From Planctomycetota bacterium (GTDB lineage: Bacteria > Planctomycetota > UBA1135 > UBA2386), in NCBI GenBank assembly GCA_947501605.1, contig CANMWZ010000023.1, positions 1-64,000 on the forward strand: a stretch of 64,000 bases of DNA, in the 5' to 3' direction. The translations under genes were made by a program, and so were the position numbers. The first letter of the stretch is position 1; every line of letters starts with the position of its first letter. Shown here in pieces: positions 30,645 through 38,596 of the stretch. The notes beneath the pieces were generated by a model, which did no database searches, was not told the origin of the DNA, and worked only from the letters and a program-made list of their open reading frames with translations.

Positions 30645-31472
30645 ATGGGTCTTCGCGTAAACACGAACGTCGCCTCCATCAACGCGCAGCGCAATCTGTC
30701 GCAGGTGAACGAACGACTCGGTGGCAACTTCCGCCGCCTGTCAACTGGCCTCCGCATCTCGACCGCCGCGGATGACGCGGCCGGCCTCGCGATCAGTGAG
30801 CGTCTCCGCAGCCAGGTCCGGTCGCTCGACCAGGCCAAGCGCAACGCCAACGACGGCATCTCCATGGTGCAGACCGCAGAAGGTGCGCTGAACGAAGTCA
30901 GCAGCATCCTGACGCGCCTGCGCGAACTGGCGATCCAGTCGAGCAACGGTTCGGTCAGCAACCAGGACAAGGAGACGCTGGACGAAGAGTTCCAGAGCCT
31001 CGTCAACGAAGTCAACCGCATCGGCAGCTCGACCGAGTTCAACGGCATCAAGTTGCTCGATGGCAGCAGCAGCTCGGTGAGCTTCCAGGTCGGCTTCGGC
31101 ACGACCGCGGGCACCGACACGCTGTCGGTCACGCTCTCGGCCGCGCTCAGCACGTCGCTCAGCCTCAACTCGCTGGACATCGGCTCGGGTGGCACGACGA
31201 CGACCGCGATCTCCGCGATCGACGGCGCGATCAACTCGGTGTCGAGCCTCCGTGGCTCGCTCGGTGCGGTCCAGAACCGCCTCGGCAGCACGATCAACAA
31301 CCTGGCGATCCAGGTCGAGAACCTGTCGGCCGCCGAGTCGCGCATCCGCGACGTCGATGTCGCCTACGAAACCGCGCAGCTGACGCGCAACTCGATCCTG
31401 CAGCAGGCGAGCATCTCGATCTTGTCGCAGGCCAACTCGCAGCCGCAGTCGGCTCTGCAGTTGCTCGGCTAA
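30645..31472 (+). CDS. fliC: Flagellin 2 (275 aa)
   Basis: Same conserved flagellin N- and C-terminal motifs as flagellin 1. Confidence 0.97.
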   Translation: MGLRVNTNVASINAQRNLSQVNERLGGNFRRLSTGLRISTAADDAAGLAISERLRSQVRSLDQAKRNANDGISMVQTAEGALNEVSSILTRLRELAIQSSNGSVSNQDKETLDEEFQSLVNEVNRIGSSTEFNGIKLLDGSSSSVSFQVGFGTTAGTDTLSVTLSAALSTSLSLNSLDIGSGGTTTTAISAIDGAINSVSSLRGSLGAVQNRLGSTINNLAIQVENLSAAESRIRDVDVAYETAQLTRNSILQQASISILSQANSQPQSALQLLG

Positions 31473-31492
31473 TCGAGCAAGGTAGGTAGACC

Positions 31493-31540
31493 CCGGAGGG
31501 GGCGGCGCTCCGCAAGGAGCCCGCCCCCTCCGGCGTTTCT
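31493..31540 (+). terminator. Stem-loop terminator after flagellin 2
   Basis: CCGGAGGGGGCGG.GCTCC-GCAA-GGAGC.CCGCCCCCTCCGG then CGTTTCT. Confidence 0.75.
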
Positions 31541-31949
31541 GGACCAAGCGATCGTCAAGAACTCAGAGCCTGCGGCGGAACGGCGCCATCGCCGAGCGAT
31601 CGACACCCGGGGTGAGATCGAGGAGCGCCAGCTCCACCCAACCCGAGTCGCGACTCCGCGCCCACGACGCCGAGGTCGGACGGGCTGCCGGGCGCGCGGA
31701 CAGCAGGAGCGCTTCCACAGGCTGCTACCCCACCGAACGAGGGGCGCAAGGTCCGAATCGCCCACCTCGCACCGAGCTGGGATCGCCGACCCGCAGCTTC
31801 CACGCCAAGTGGCAAACGCGTCGCAGCCCCATCGCGAGACCGTCGCTGTCGAGGACTTCGACATCTGCTCCTAAAGCCACCCGCCGAACTGCCCAGAATC
31901 TCCACAGCGCGCAATCTCGCACGCCATGGGAACAACCGGGAGCAGTCAC

Positions 31950-32777
31950 ATGGGTCTCAGGGTCAACACCAACATCATCTCGATGAACGCGCAACGCAAC
32001 CTGGCGCGGGTGACCGAAGCTCTGGCGGGCAACTACCGCCGCCTGTCGACCGGGCTGCGCATTGCCAGCGCCGCCGACGACGCCGCCGGCCTAGCGATCA
32101 GCGAACGCATGCGCAGCCAGATTCGCTCCTTGGAGCAGGCCAAACGCAACGCCAGCGACGGCATCTCCATGGTGCAGACGGCCGAAGGCGCGCTCAGCGA
32201 GGTCGGCGACATCATGTCACGCCTCCGCGAACTCGCGGTGCAGGCCGGTAACGGCACTATGTCCTAGACCGACCGCGACACGCTGCAACAGGAGTTCGGC
32301 GGCCTCGTCGCCGAAGTGAGTCGCATCGCTCGGTCGACCGAGTGGAACGGCATCAAGTTGCTCGACGGCACGACCAGGACGGTGTCCTTCCAAGTCGGCA
32401 TCGGCACCAAGGCCGGCATCGACACGCTGGCCGTCAACTTCGGCAGCGCGCTCGCGACCGACCTCCGTATCCACACGCTCGACATCGGCGCGACCGGGAG
32501 CCCGTCGGCCGCGATCACCGCGATCGACGCCGCCATGGGCACCGTCTTGGGCTTGCGCGGCACTTTCGGCGCCGCCCAGAACCGCATGGGCTCGACGATC
32601 CGCAACATCGCCGTGCAGGTCGAGAACCTCAGTGCCTCCGAGTCTCGCATCCGCGACGTCGACATCGCCTACGAGACCGCAATGCTGACGCGCAACTCGA
32701 TCTTGCAGCAGACCAGCCTCGCGATGTTGGCGCAGGCCAACTTGCTGCCGCAGTCGGCTCTCGCCCTGCTGCAGTGA
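31950..32777 (+). pseudogene. fliC: Flagellin 3, interrupted by an in-frame TAG at 32265-32267 (codon 106)
   Basis: One frame, full flagellin length, reading NGTMS*TDRDTLQQEF against NGSVSNQDKETLDEEF in the paralogs. Confidence 0.85.
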
Positions 32778-32902
32778 GCGGCCAAGCGCGCGATGCACGA
32801 TCGCAACTCTGGCGTCCAGAATCTGCGGCTGCCGAAGCCACGCTGACATCGTGCCGTCGTGGTGTTGTTCGACAACACGACGGAAAACCCCACACTCTGG
32901 CC

Positions 32903-32930
32903 GCAAGACTCACCACGGAAGTGCCGATTA
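32903..32930 (+). promoter_or_regulatory. sigma28 promoter for flagellin 4
   Basis: GCAAG-N15-GCCGATTA. Confidence 0.65.
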
Positions 32931-32997
32931 ACACGACGGCGGCCGCCAGCAACGGTGCTCGCCACCACACACCAGGGGAACGCAACCAGGGAAATCA

Positions 32998-33828
32998 ATG
33001 GGTCTTCGAGTCAACACCAACGTCGCGTCGATCAACGCGCAACGTAATCTGTCGTCGGTCAACGAGCGGCTATCGGGCAACTTCCGCAAGCTCTCGACCG
33101 GCCTTCGTATCTCGACCGCCGCGGATGACGCAGCCGGGCTTGCGATCAGCGAGCGTCTCCGCTCGCAGATTCGGTCGCTCGACCAAGCGAAGCGCAACGC
33201 CAATGACGGCATCTCCCTCGTTCAGACCGCCGAAGGCGCGCTGAATGAAGTGAGCAGCATCCTGACGCGCTTGCGCGAGCTGTCGATCCAATCGAGCAAC
33301 GGTTCCGTGTCGAACGCCGACAAGGAGACGCTCGACCAGGAGTTCCAGAGCCTCGTCAACGAGGTCAACCGCATCGGCAGTTCGACGGAGTTCAGCGGCA
33401 TCAAGCTGCTGGACGGGTCCACGAGCTCGGTGAGCTTCCAGGTCGGCTTCGGCACGACGTCGGGCACGGACACGATCTCGGTGTCGCTCTCTGCCGCACT
33501 GAGCACGTCGCTGAGCCTGAACTCACTCGACATCGGCTCGGGCGGGGTGCCGACGACGGCGATCACCAACATCGACGCGGCCATCAATTCGGTCTCGAGC
33601 CTTCGCGGCACGCTCGGCGCGGTTCAGAACCGCCTCGGCAGCACGATCAACAACCTCGCGATCACCGTCGAGAACCTGTCGGCCGCTGAGTCGCGTATCC
33701 GCGACGTCGACGTTGCCTACGAAACTGCGCAACTGACGCGCAACCAGATTCTGCAACAGTCCAGCATTGCTGTCCTGAGCCAGGCAAACAGCCTGCCGCA
33801 GTCGGCTCTGCGACTGCTCGGCGCGTAA
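32998..33828 (+). CDS. fliC: Flagellin 4 (276 aa)
   Basis: Conserved flagellin motifs. Confidence 0.97.
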   Translation: MGLRVNTNVASINAQRNLSSVNERLSGNFRKLSTGLRISTAADDAAGLAISERLRSQIRSLDQAKRNANDGISLVQTAEGALNEVSSILTRLRELSIQSSNGSVSNADKETLDQEFQSLVNEVNRIGSSTEFSGIKLLDGSTSSVSFQVGFGTTSGTDTISVSLSAALSTSLSLNSLDIGSGGVPTTAITNIDAAINSVSSLRGTLGAVQNRLGSTINNLAITVENLSAAESRIRDVDVAYETAQLTRNQILQQSSIAVLSQANSLPQSALRLLGA

Positions 33829-33870
33829 GCCGAGCAGCCTGAGGCTGCCAGTTAGATCGATGCTGCAGCA

Positions 33871-33899
33871 GCCGACGCGTTGCCCAACAACGCGTCGGC
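33871..33899 (+). terminator. Hairpin between flagellin 4 and flaG (terminator or mRNA stabiliser)
   Basis: 12-bp perfect stem GCCGACGCGTTG/CAACGCGTCGGC; no clear U tract. Confidence 0.5.
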
Positions 33900-33947
33900 C
33901 CGCTGTCTTCTGCGGACAGTCGCAGGAGAAAGAACAAGGGGACCAAC

Positions 33948-34382
33948 ATGCAACTCGGCAACAAGCTCTCGCTCGACGAAGGCCAAGCTGGTCGCGACCA
34001 ACGCGTTCGACTCAACGCGACGCAAGAGCAGATCCTCGAGAACTCGCCTGGAACCCCGACCGAACGCACCGTCGCCGGCGGTGCAACGCCGGTGTCGCGG
34101 CCACAGCAGGAGCCGACACGCGAGGGAACGAAGGACCAGAAGGACACGTCTCGCGCCGACGAACAGCGCCGCAAGGCGGAGAAGGAACTAGGCCGCCTGA
34201 TGCGCTTGCCGATCGATACGCGACTCGACATCGACATCGACGTCGAGACCGACGAGGTGCGGTTCATGATCCGCGACCGCCGAACCGGCAAGTTGGTGCG
34301 CGAGCTCCCGCCAGAGGACGCGAGACCGCTGATGGACCGGCTGAAGGAGTTCAACGGCGCCTTGATCGACCGGTCGTTCTGA
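33948..34382 (+). CDS. flaG: Flagellar protein FlaG
   Basis: C-terminal IRDRRTGKLVRELPPED..L..LKEFNGALID. Lies between fliC and fliD. Confidence 0.85.
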   Translation: MQLGNKLSLDEGQAGRDQRVRLNATQEQILENSPGTPTERTVAGGATPVSRPQQEPTREGTKDQKDTSRADEQRRKAEKELGRLMRLPIDTRLDIDIDVETDEVRFMIRDRRTGKLVRELPPEDARPLMDRLKEFNGALIDRSF

Positions 34383-34451
34383 TCCGATCGTCTCGCCGAC
34401 ACTCAGCGACAGCTCCGCTTCACGGCAATGCCGACAGCGGGACACAACGAG

Positions 34452-34479
34452 TCAAGTGCTGGTGCCAGTGTTCCGATAA
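34452..34479 (+). promoter_or_regulatory. sigma28 promoter for fliD
   Basis: TCAAG-N15-TCCGATAA. Confidence 0.7.
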
Positions 34480-34515
34480 TCCACAGGGAGCCAGGAAGGC
34501 CCCACAGGACGGAAC

Positions 34516-35892
34516 ATGTCGAGCGCAGGAATCAACTTCGGTGGACTGGCCTCTGGTCTCGACACCCGAGCGATCATCTCGGCGTTGATGGCGGTCGAAC
34601 GGCGCCCCATCTCAGCACTGCAGACCAAGAAGACCTCGCTCAGCTCGCAGAAGGGGCTGTTCGGCGATTTCAAGAAGCTCCTGGGCGACTTGCAGACCGA
34701 GGCGCGGGCACTGCGGACCACGACAGACTTCTTGAAGATGAAGGCTGCCACGAGCAATGACGACGTACTCGGCGTCAGCGCATCTGGTTCGGCCACGCCT
34801 GGCACCCACCAGATCAAGGTCCTCGATCTCGCGTCTGCCAAGATCGTCGCCAGCAACGGCCGCGCCGCCAAGGACACGCCTCTCGGTGACGGCACCTTCT
34901 TGCTCGATGTCGGCGGCACTACGCATGCGATCGACATCGGCGCCGGCACCGGCTACGCCGACACGATCGAAGGCATCGCCCAGGCAATCCGCGCCAAGGA
35001 CATCGATGTCACGGCCGACGTCGTCGATACCGGCCAAGCCGGCAGCAATCGCTACCAGCTCGTGTTGCGTGGCAAGACCCAGGGCAGCACCGGCAACTTC
35101 ACGCTGACGCCAGACACAGGTTCGACGGCCCTCTCGACGCTGCTCGGGGAACTCAACACCAACGTGCGCGCCACCGCCACCGACGCACGTATCGACCTCA
35201 ACGGCATCGAGATTCTGCGCCCGAGCAACTCGATCACCGATGTCATCCCTGGCGTCACGCTCGACCTCAAGGCGAAGGATGCGGTCAACGTGGTCACGGT
35301 CACGATCACGACCGACTCCGAGGAAACTACGAAGCAGATCCAGGAGTTCGTCGACGCCTACAACAAGGTCGTCGACTTCGTCGCCACGCAGAACGCCCTC
35401 GGCCAAGATGGCACCGCTCGCACGCCGTTGTTCGGCGACAGCACTCTGCGGTCGATTCGATCTTCGCTGCGAGGCATCGTCGGCGGTGCCGTCGACACCG
35501 GCAACTCGGCGATCTCGTCGCTGACGAACATCGGCATCACCTCGGACCGCGAGGGCAAGCTGACGTTCAGCCGGTCGACGTTCGAAACGAAACTCGGCCA
35601 AGACGAACAAGCCGTGGCCGCGATGTTCACGGGCGCCACCACCGGCATCGCCGGCCGCATCTCGACGCAGATCGACGTCTACACCGGCTCGACCGAGGGC
35701 TTGATCAAGGCGCGGCAGGATGGCTTCGACCGGATGATCAAGGACACGCAGCGTCGCATCGAGCAAGGCGAGGCGCGCCTCGTCCGCTTCCAGGCCAACC
35801 TGGAAACACGCTACGCAAACTTGGAGACCCAGATCTCTCGCCTGCAAGGGCAGGGCAGCTCGATCTCCAGCATCAACAACCTACGTCGCTGA
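34516..35892 (+). CDS. fliD: Flagellar filament cap FliD
   Basis: FGGLASGLDT..II..LM..ER.P, N.ITDVIPGVTLDL, FVDAYN, LFGDS and a C-terminal coil. Confidence 0.95.
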   Translation: MSSAGINFGGLASGLDTRAIISALMAVERRPISALQTKKTSLSSQKGLFGDFKKLLGDLQTEARALRTTTDFLKMKAATSNDDVLGVSASGSATPGTHQIKVLDLASAKIVASNGRAAKDTPLGDGTFLLDVGGTTHAIDIGAGTGYADTIEGIAQAIRAKDIDVTADVVDTGQAGSNRYQLVLRGKTQGSTGNFTLTPDTGSTALSTLLGELNTNVRATATDARIDLNGIEILRPSNSITDVIPGVTLDLKAKDAVNVVTVTITTDSEETTKQIQEFVDAYNKVVDFVATQNALGQDGTARTPLFGDSTLRSIRSSLRGIVGGAVDTGNSAISSLTNIGITSDREGKLTFSRSTFETKLGQDEQAVAAMFTGATTGIAGRISTQIDVYTGSTEGLIKARQDGFDRMIKDTQRRIEQGEARLVRFQANLETRYANLETQISRLQGQGSSISSINNLRR

Positions 35893-35921
35893 AACGCCCA
35901 ACCCCCTAGCAAGGAACTGCC

Positions 35922-36302
35922 ATGTCGTACGCACAGGCCGCCGCAACCTACCAGCGCAACGCCGTCCTCACCGCATCCCCCGAGAAGCTCGTCAAGATGC
36001 TCTATGACGGCGCCATCCGGAATCTGGAGAAGAGCCGCGAGGGTCTGTCGAGCCCAGCGACCTCGCGCACTCCTGAGGTCAACACGAGCCTCAGCAAGTC
36101 GATCGGCATCCTCGGCGAACTTCGGGCCAGCCTCGACATCGCAGTCGGCGGCAAGATCGCGCAGGATCTCGACCGGCTGTACGAGTTCAGCATCGACCAG
36201 GTCACGCAGTCGAACTCGACGCGCACCGCCGTCGGCGTGACCAACGCGCTGAAGATCGTGCGCACCCTCAAGGAAGGCTGGGATGTCGCGATCCCCGGCT
36301 GA
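35922..36302 (+). CDS. fliS: Flagellin chaperone FliS
   Basis: YQ..AVLTASPEKLVKMLYDGAI, ELRASLD...GG.IA..L..LY and LKEGW. Confidence 0.95.
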   Translation: MSYAQAAATYQRNAVLTASPEKLVKMLYDGAIRNLEKSREGLSSPATSRTPEVNTSLSKSIGILGELRASLDIAVGGKIAQDLDRLYEFSIDQVTQSNSTRTAVGVTNALKIVRTLKEGWDVAIPG

Positions 36303-36651
36303 TCCAGCCAACGGTTCGAGTCGCATCAAGGCGACCGAACTGCTGACGGCGGTGGCGTACGCCTACGACGCCGCCCTGCAGGCGGCAGCCAGCGACGACA
36401 TGCAAACGTGCACCTCGCTGCTCGATGCAACCGAGACCTTGCTCGCCGACTCTGGCAACGCCGTTGTCGACGCCGCCACGCCAAGCGCGCAGCAGGAGGC
36501 ACTCTCCGCCCATGCGCGATTGACCTCGGTACTGAAGGCCCAGCTCGGGGAGGTCGGCGACGAACTCGGCCGCATGCACCAAGGCAAGAAGGCGCTCGCG
36601 ATCTACGGTGGTGAACGCCTCCTGGGCGAGCACGTGCGGTCGCGCGCCTGA
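36283..36651 (+). CDS. FliT-like small helical protein (start uncertain)
   Basis: Position after fliS and a C-terminal EL.RM.QGKKAL..Y pattern. Confidence 0.5.
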   Translation: MSRSPADPANGSSRIKATELLTAVAYAYDAALQAAASDDMQTCTSLLDATETLLADSGNAVVDAATPSAQQEALSAHARLTSVLKAQLGEVGDELGRMHQGKKALAIYGGERLLGEHVRSRA

Positions 36652-36965
36652 GCGCGCTGACCCTGCCTATGGCCGGCTTCGCCGACGGTCGCGATCGGCT
36701 GCCAGCAGCGCCTTGAGGAACGGCTCTGTCGCCCTGCGCGCAGCAGCAGAGCCGCGATCGAGGAGTGTCAGCCACCCCGACTCCCGGGAATCGCCGCAGG
36801 CCTCGCGCCGCGGAGTTCGGCAAGGGTCAAAGTCCCGCGGGCAGGATGCACTCCGCACTTGCGCAGCGACCCTGAGTGCGCCTGCGCACCTTCGCCGACT
36901 ATCTCGCGCAAGCCGCGGCGCGTAGTGTCTGCGGACCCACCTGTGTGGGCCGGGAGAACACCACG

Positions 36966-37646
36966 ATGATCTGGTTTCGCAAGAAGGCAGAAGGGCTGCG
37001 TTCGCCGCACGCAGGCCTGCGCGCAGAGCTATTGTGCGAGCAGACGCTGTCCGAGCTGGCCAACCGACCCGACTGCGATCCCGACACGCCCGAGACACGC
37101 TTTCACGCGGCGTTCTCTTCGGTGCTGGTTGGCGAACACGAGGCGGCGCGGCAGCAACTGCTCGAGTTGCTCGATCTACCGACGGCAACGACCCAGCTCT
37201 CGTTGCAAGCGTGGAACGCGCTACGTGCACTCCACGAACTGCCGTCGGACGCGGATGCCGAGGTCGTGCGCGCGGTTGTGATCGAGTGGGGAACTCAGCA
37301 AGGGCTCGAGACTCTTGCTGCCTTCGACGATCAACGAATCACACTGCTGGCCGGAAACGGCGAGATCTACAGCGTGCGCGGCCCCGATCGGACGGGTGAG
37401 ACCGCTCGCCTTGCACTCTTCCTCGCCGCCGAGGCGGTGATCGAGCACACGTATCCTCACCGAGGTCCGTCGGAGCACCCACCGCCTGCTGGCCATGCAT
37501 CGATCCGCGTGCTGACGTTTGCCGGTACTCACGTCGGGATCGGACGAACCGCGACGCTGATCCGAGACGTCATCGGCGGCCCGATTCTCAGCGCCGCCAC
37601 CACCCTGCGCGAAGCGTTGGTCGCCCCGCAGGAAGCGGGCACGTGA
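36966..37646 (+). CDS. Hypothetical protein
   Basis: GGGAGA RBS before ATG 36966; protein-like composition; no motif recognised. Confidence 0.6.
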   Translation: MIWFRKKAEGLRSPHAGLRAELLCEQTLSELANRPDCDPDTPETRFHAAFSSVLVGEHEAARQQLLELLDLPTATTQLSLQAWNALRALHELPSDADAEVVRAVVIEWGTQQGLETLAAFDDQRITLLAGNGEIYSVRGPDRTGETARLALFLAAEAVIEHTYPHRGPSEHPPPAGHASIRVLTFAGTHVGIGRTATLIRDVIGGPILSAATTLREALVAPQEAGT

Positions 37647-37934
37647 AGCCGCCGCCATCGCCGAGGCGCTAGCGGGCTCGTAGCGGAGTCCGCAGCTTCC
37701 GCGGAGGGTTCACGTGGCCGCCATCAGCCGACCTGTAGGACGCAGCCGATGGTGCTTTGGCAAACTACTCTGCGTACGTGCGCGCGCCGAACGGCCCGCC
37801 CGCGCCGCGGACACCGACGAGGTGGCCGGCATTACCCGGCTTCCCCGCGGCCCGAGACGGGCTGCGTTCGGCACGCAACGACGGAATGGCAGACGGGCTC
37901 GCCGCCAACGCGACGATCCTCGGCTACCCCGTGA

Positions 37935-38570
37935 TCAGCCGATGCTCTTGAGGTTGAAGTGCGCGTCGACGTCATTGGCGTCGATCTGCAGCGCCCTCTG
38001 GAAGCAGACCTTGGCGTCGGCGTTGCGGCCCATGCGCCACAAGCACACGCCGCGGTTGTTCCACGTCTGCGCCTCGTTAGGGCTGATCGCGAGCGCGCGA
38101 CCGAAGCAGGTTTCCGCGTCAGGAAACTGGTTCTGGCCGAACAGGACCATGCCGAGATTGAACCAGGCTTCGCCGTTGCCCGGCTCTTGCGTCAACACCA
38201 AGTTGAACGCCTTGACGGCACCAGCGTCATCGCCCGTCATGTAGCGGACGAGGCCGAGCTGGTGTTGGTACTCCGACTCCGCCGGCGACATGCCGACGGC
38301 GGCTTCGAGGTGAGGCAGCGACTTCTCGTAGTTGCCTTGCGACAGGTAGGCCTCCGCCGCAGTGCGGTGCACTTCGGCGAGCTTGCCACCGAGCTCGGCG
38401 AGCGAGAGCTCGATGGCCTGTTGGCGCTGCTGCTCTGCGGGCTCGACCACGAGTGGCGGCACCGCGGGCTGCGAGTCGCGCAGATCGCGAATGCGGGTCG
38501 GGATCGGCTGGAAACCCGAGCGGCCGGTCGTGCCCGTCGGGACCTTGGGGTTCTGGGTCGTGATCGTCAT
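37935..38570 (-). CDS. TPR repeat protein
   Basis: GAGGAAAG RBS; canonical TPRs (EAWFNLGMVLF, QTWNNRGVCL). Confidence 0.88.
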   Translation of the reverse strand: MTITTQNPKVPTGTTGRSGFQPIPTRIRDLRDSQPAVPPLVVEPAEQQRQQAIELSLAELGGKLAEVHRTAAEAYLSQGNYEKSLPHLEAAVGMSPAESEYQHQLGLVRYMTGDDAGAVKAFNLVLTQEPGNGEAWFNLGMVLFGQNQFPDAETCFGRALAISPNEAQTWNNRGVCLWRMGRNADAKVCFQRALQIDANDVDAHFNLKSIG

Positions 38571-38596
38571 CGTTCTTTCCTCGTCGGTTGTGGCCG

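Noticed and set aside
32265..32267. Genome-wide TAG reassignment or pyrrolysine
   Set aside because: TAG terminates several conserved genes at expected lengths, and no pyl genes are in the window.
37647..37934. Small ORFs or ncRNA in the convergent intergenic gap
   Set aside because: No RBS-supported protein-like ORF or recognisable RNA motif.
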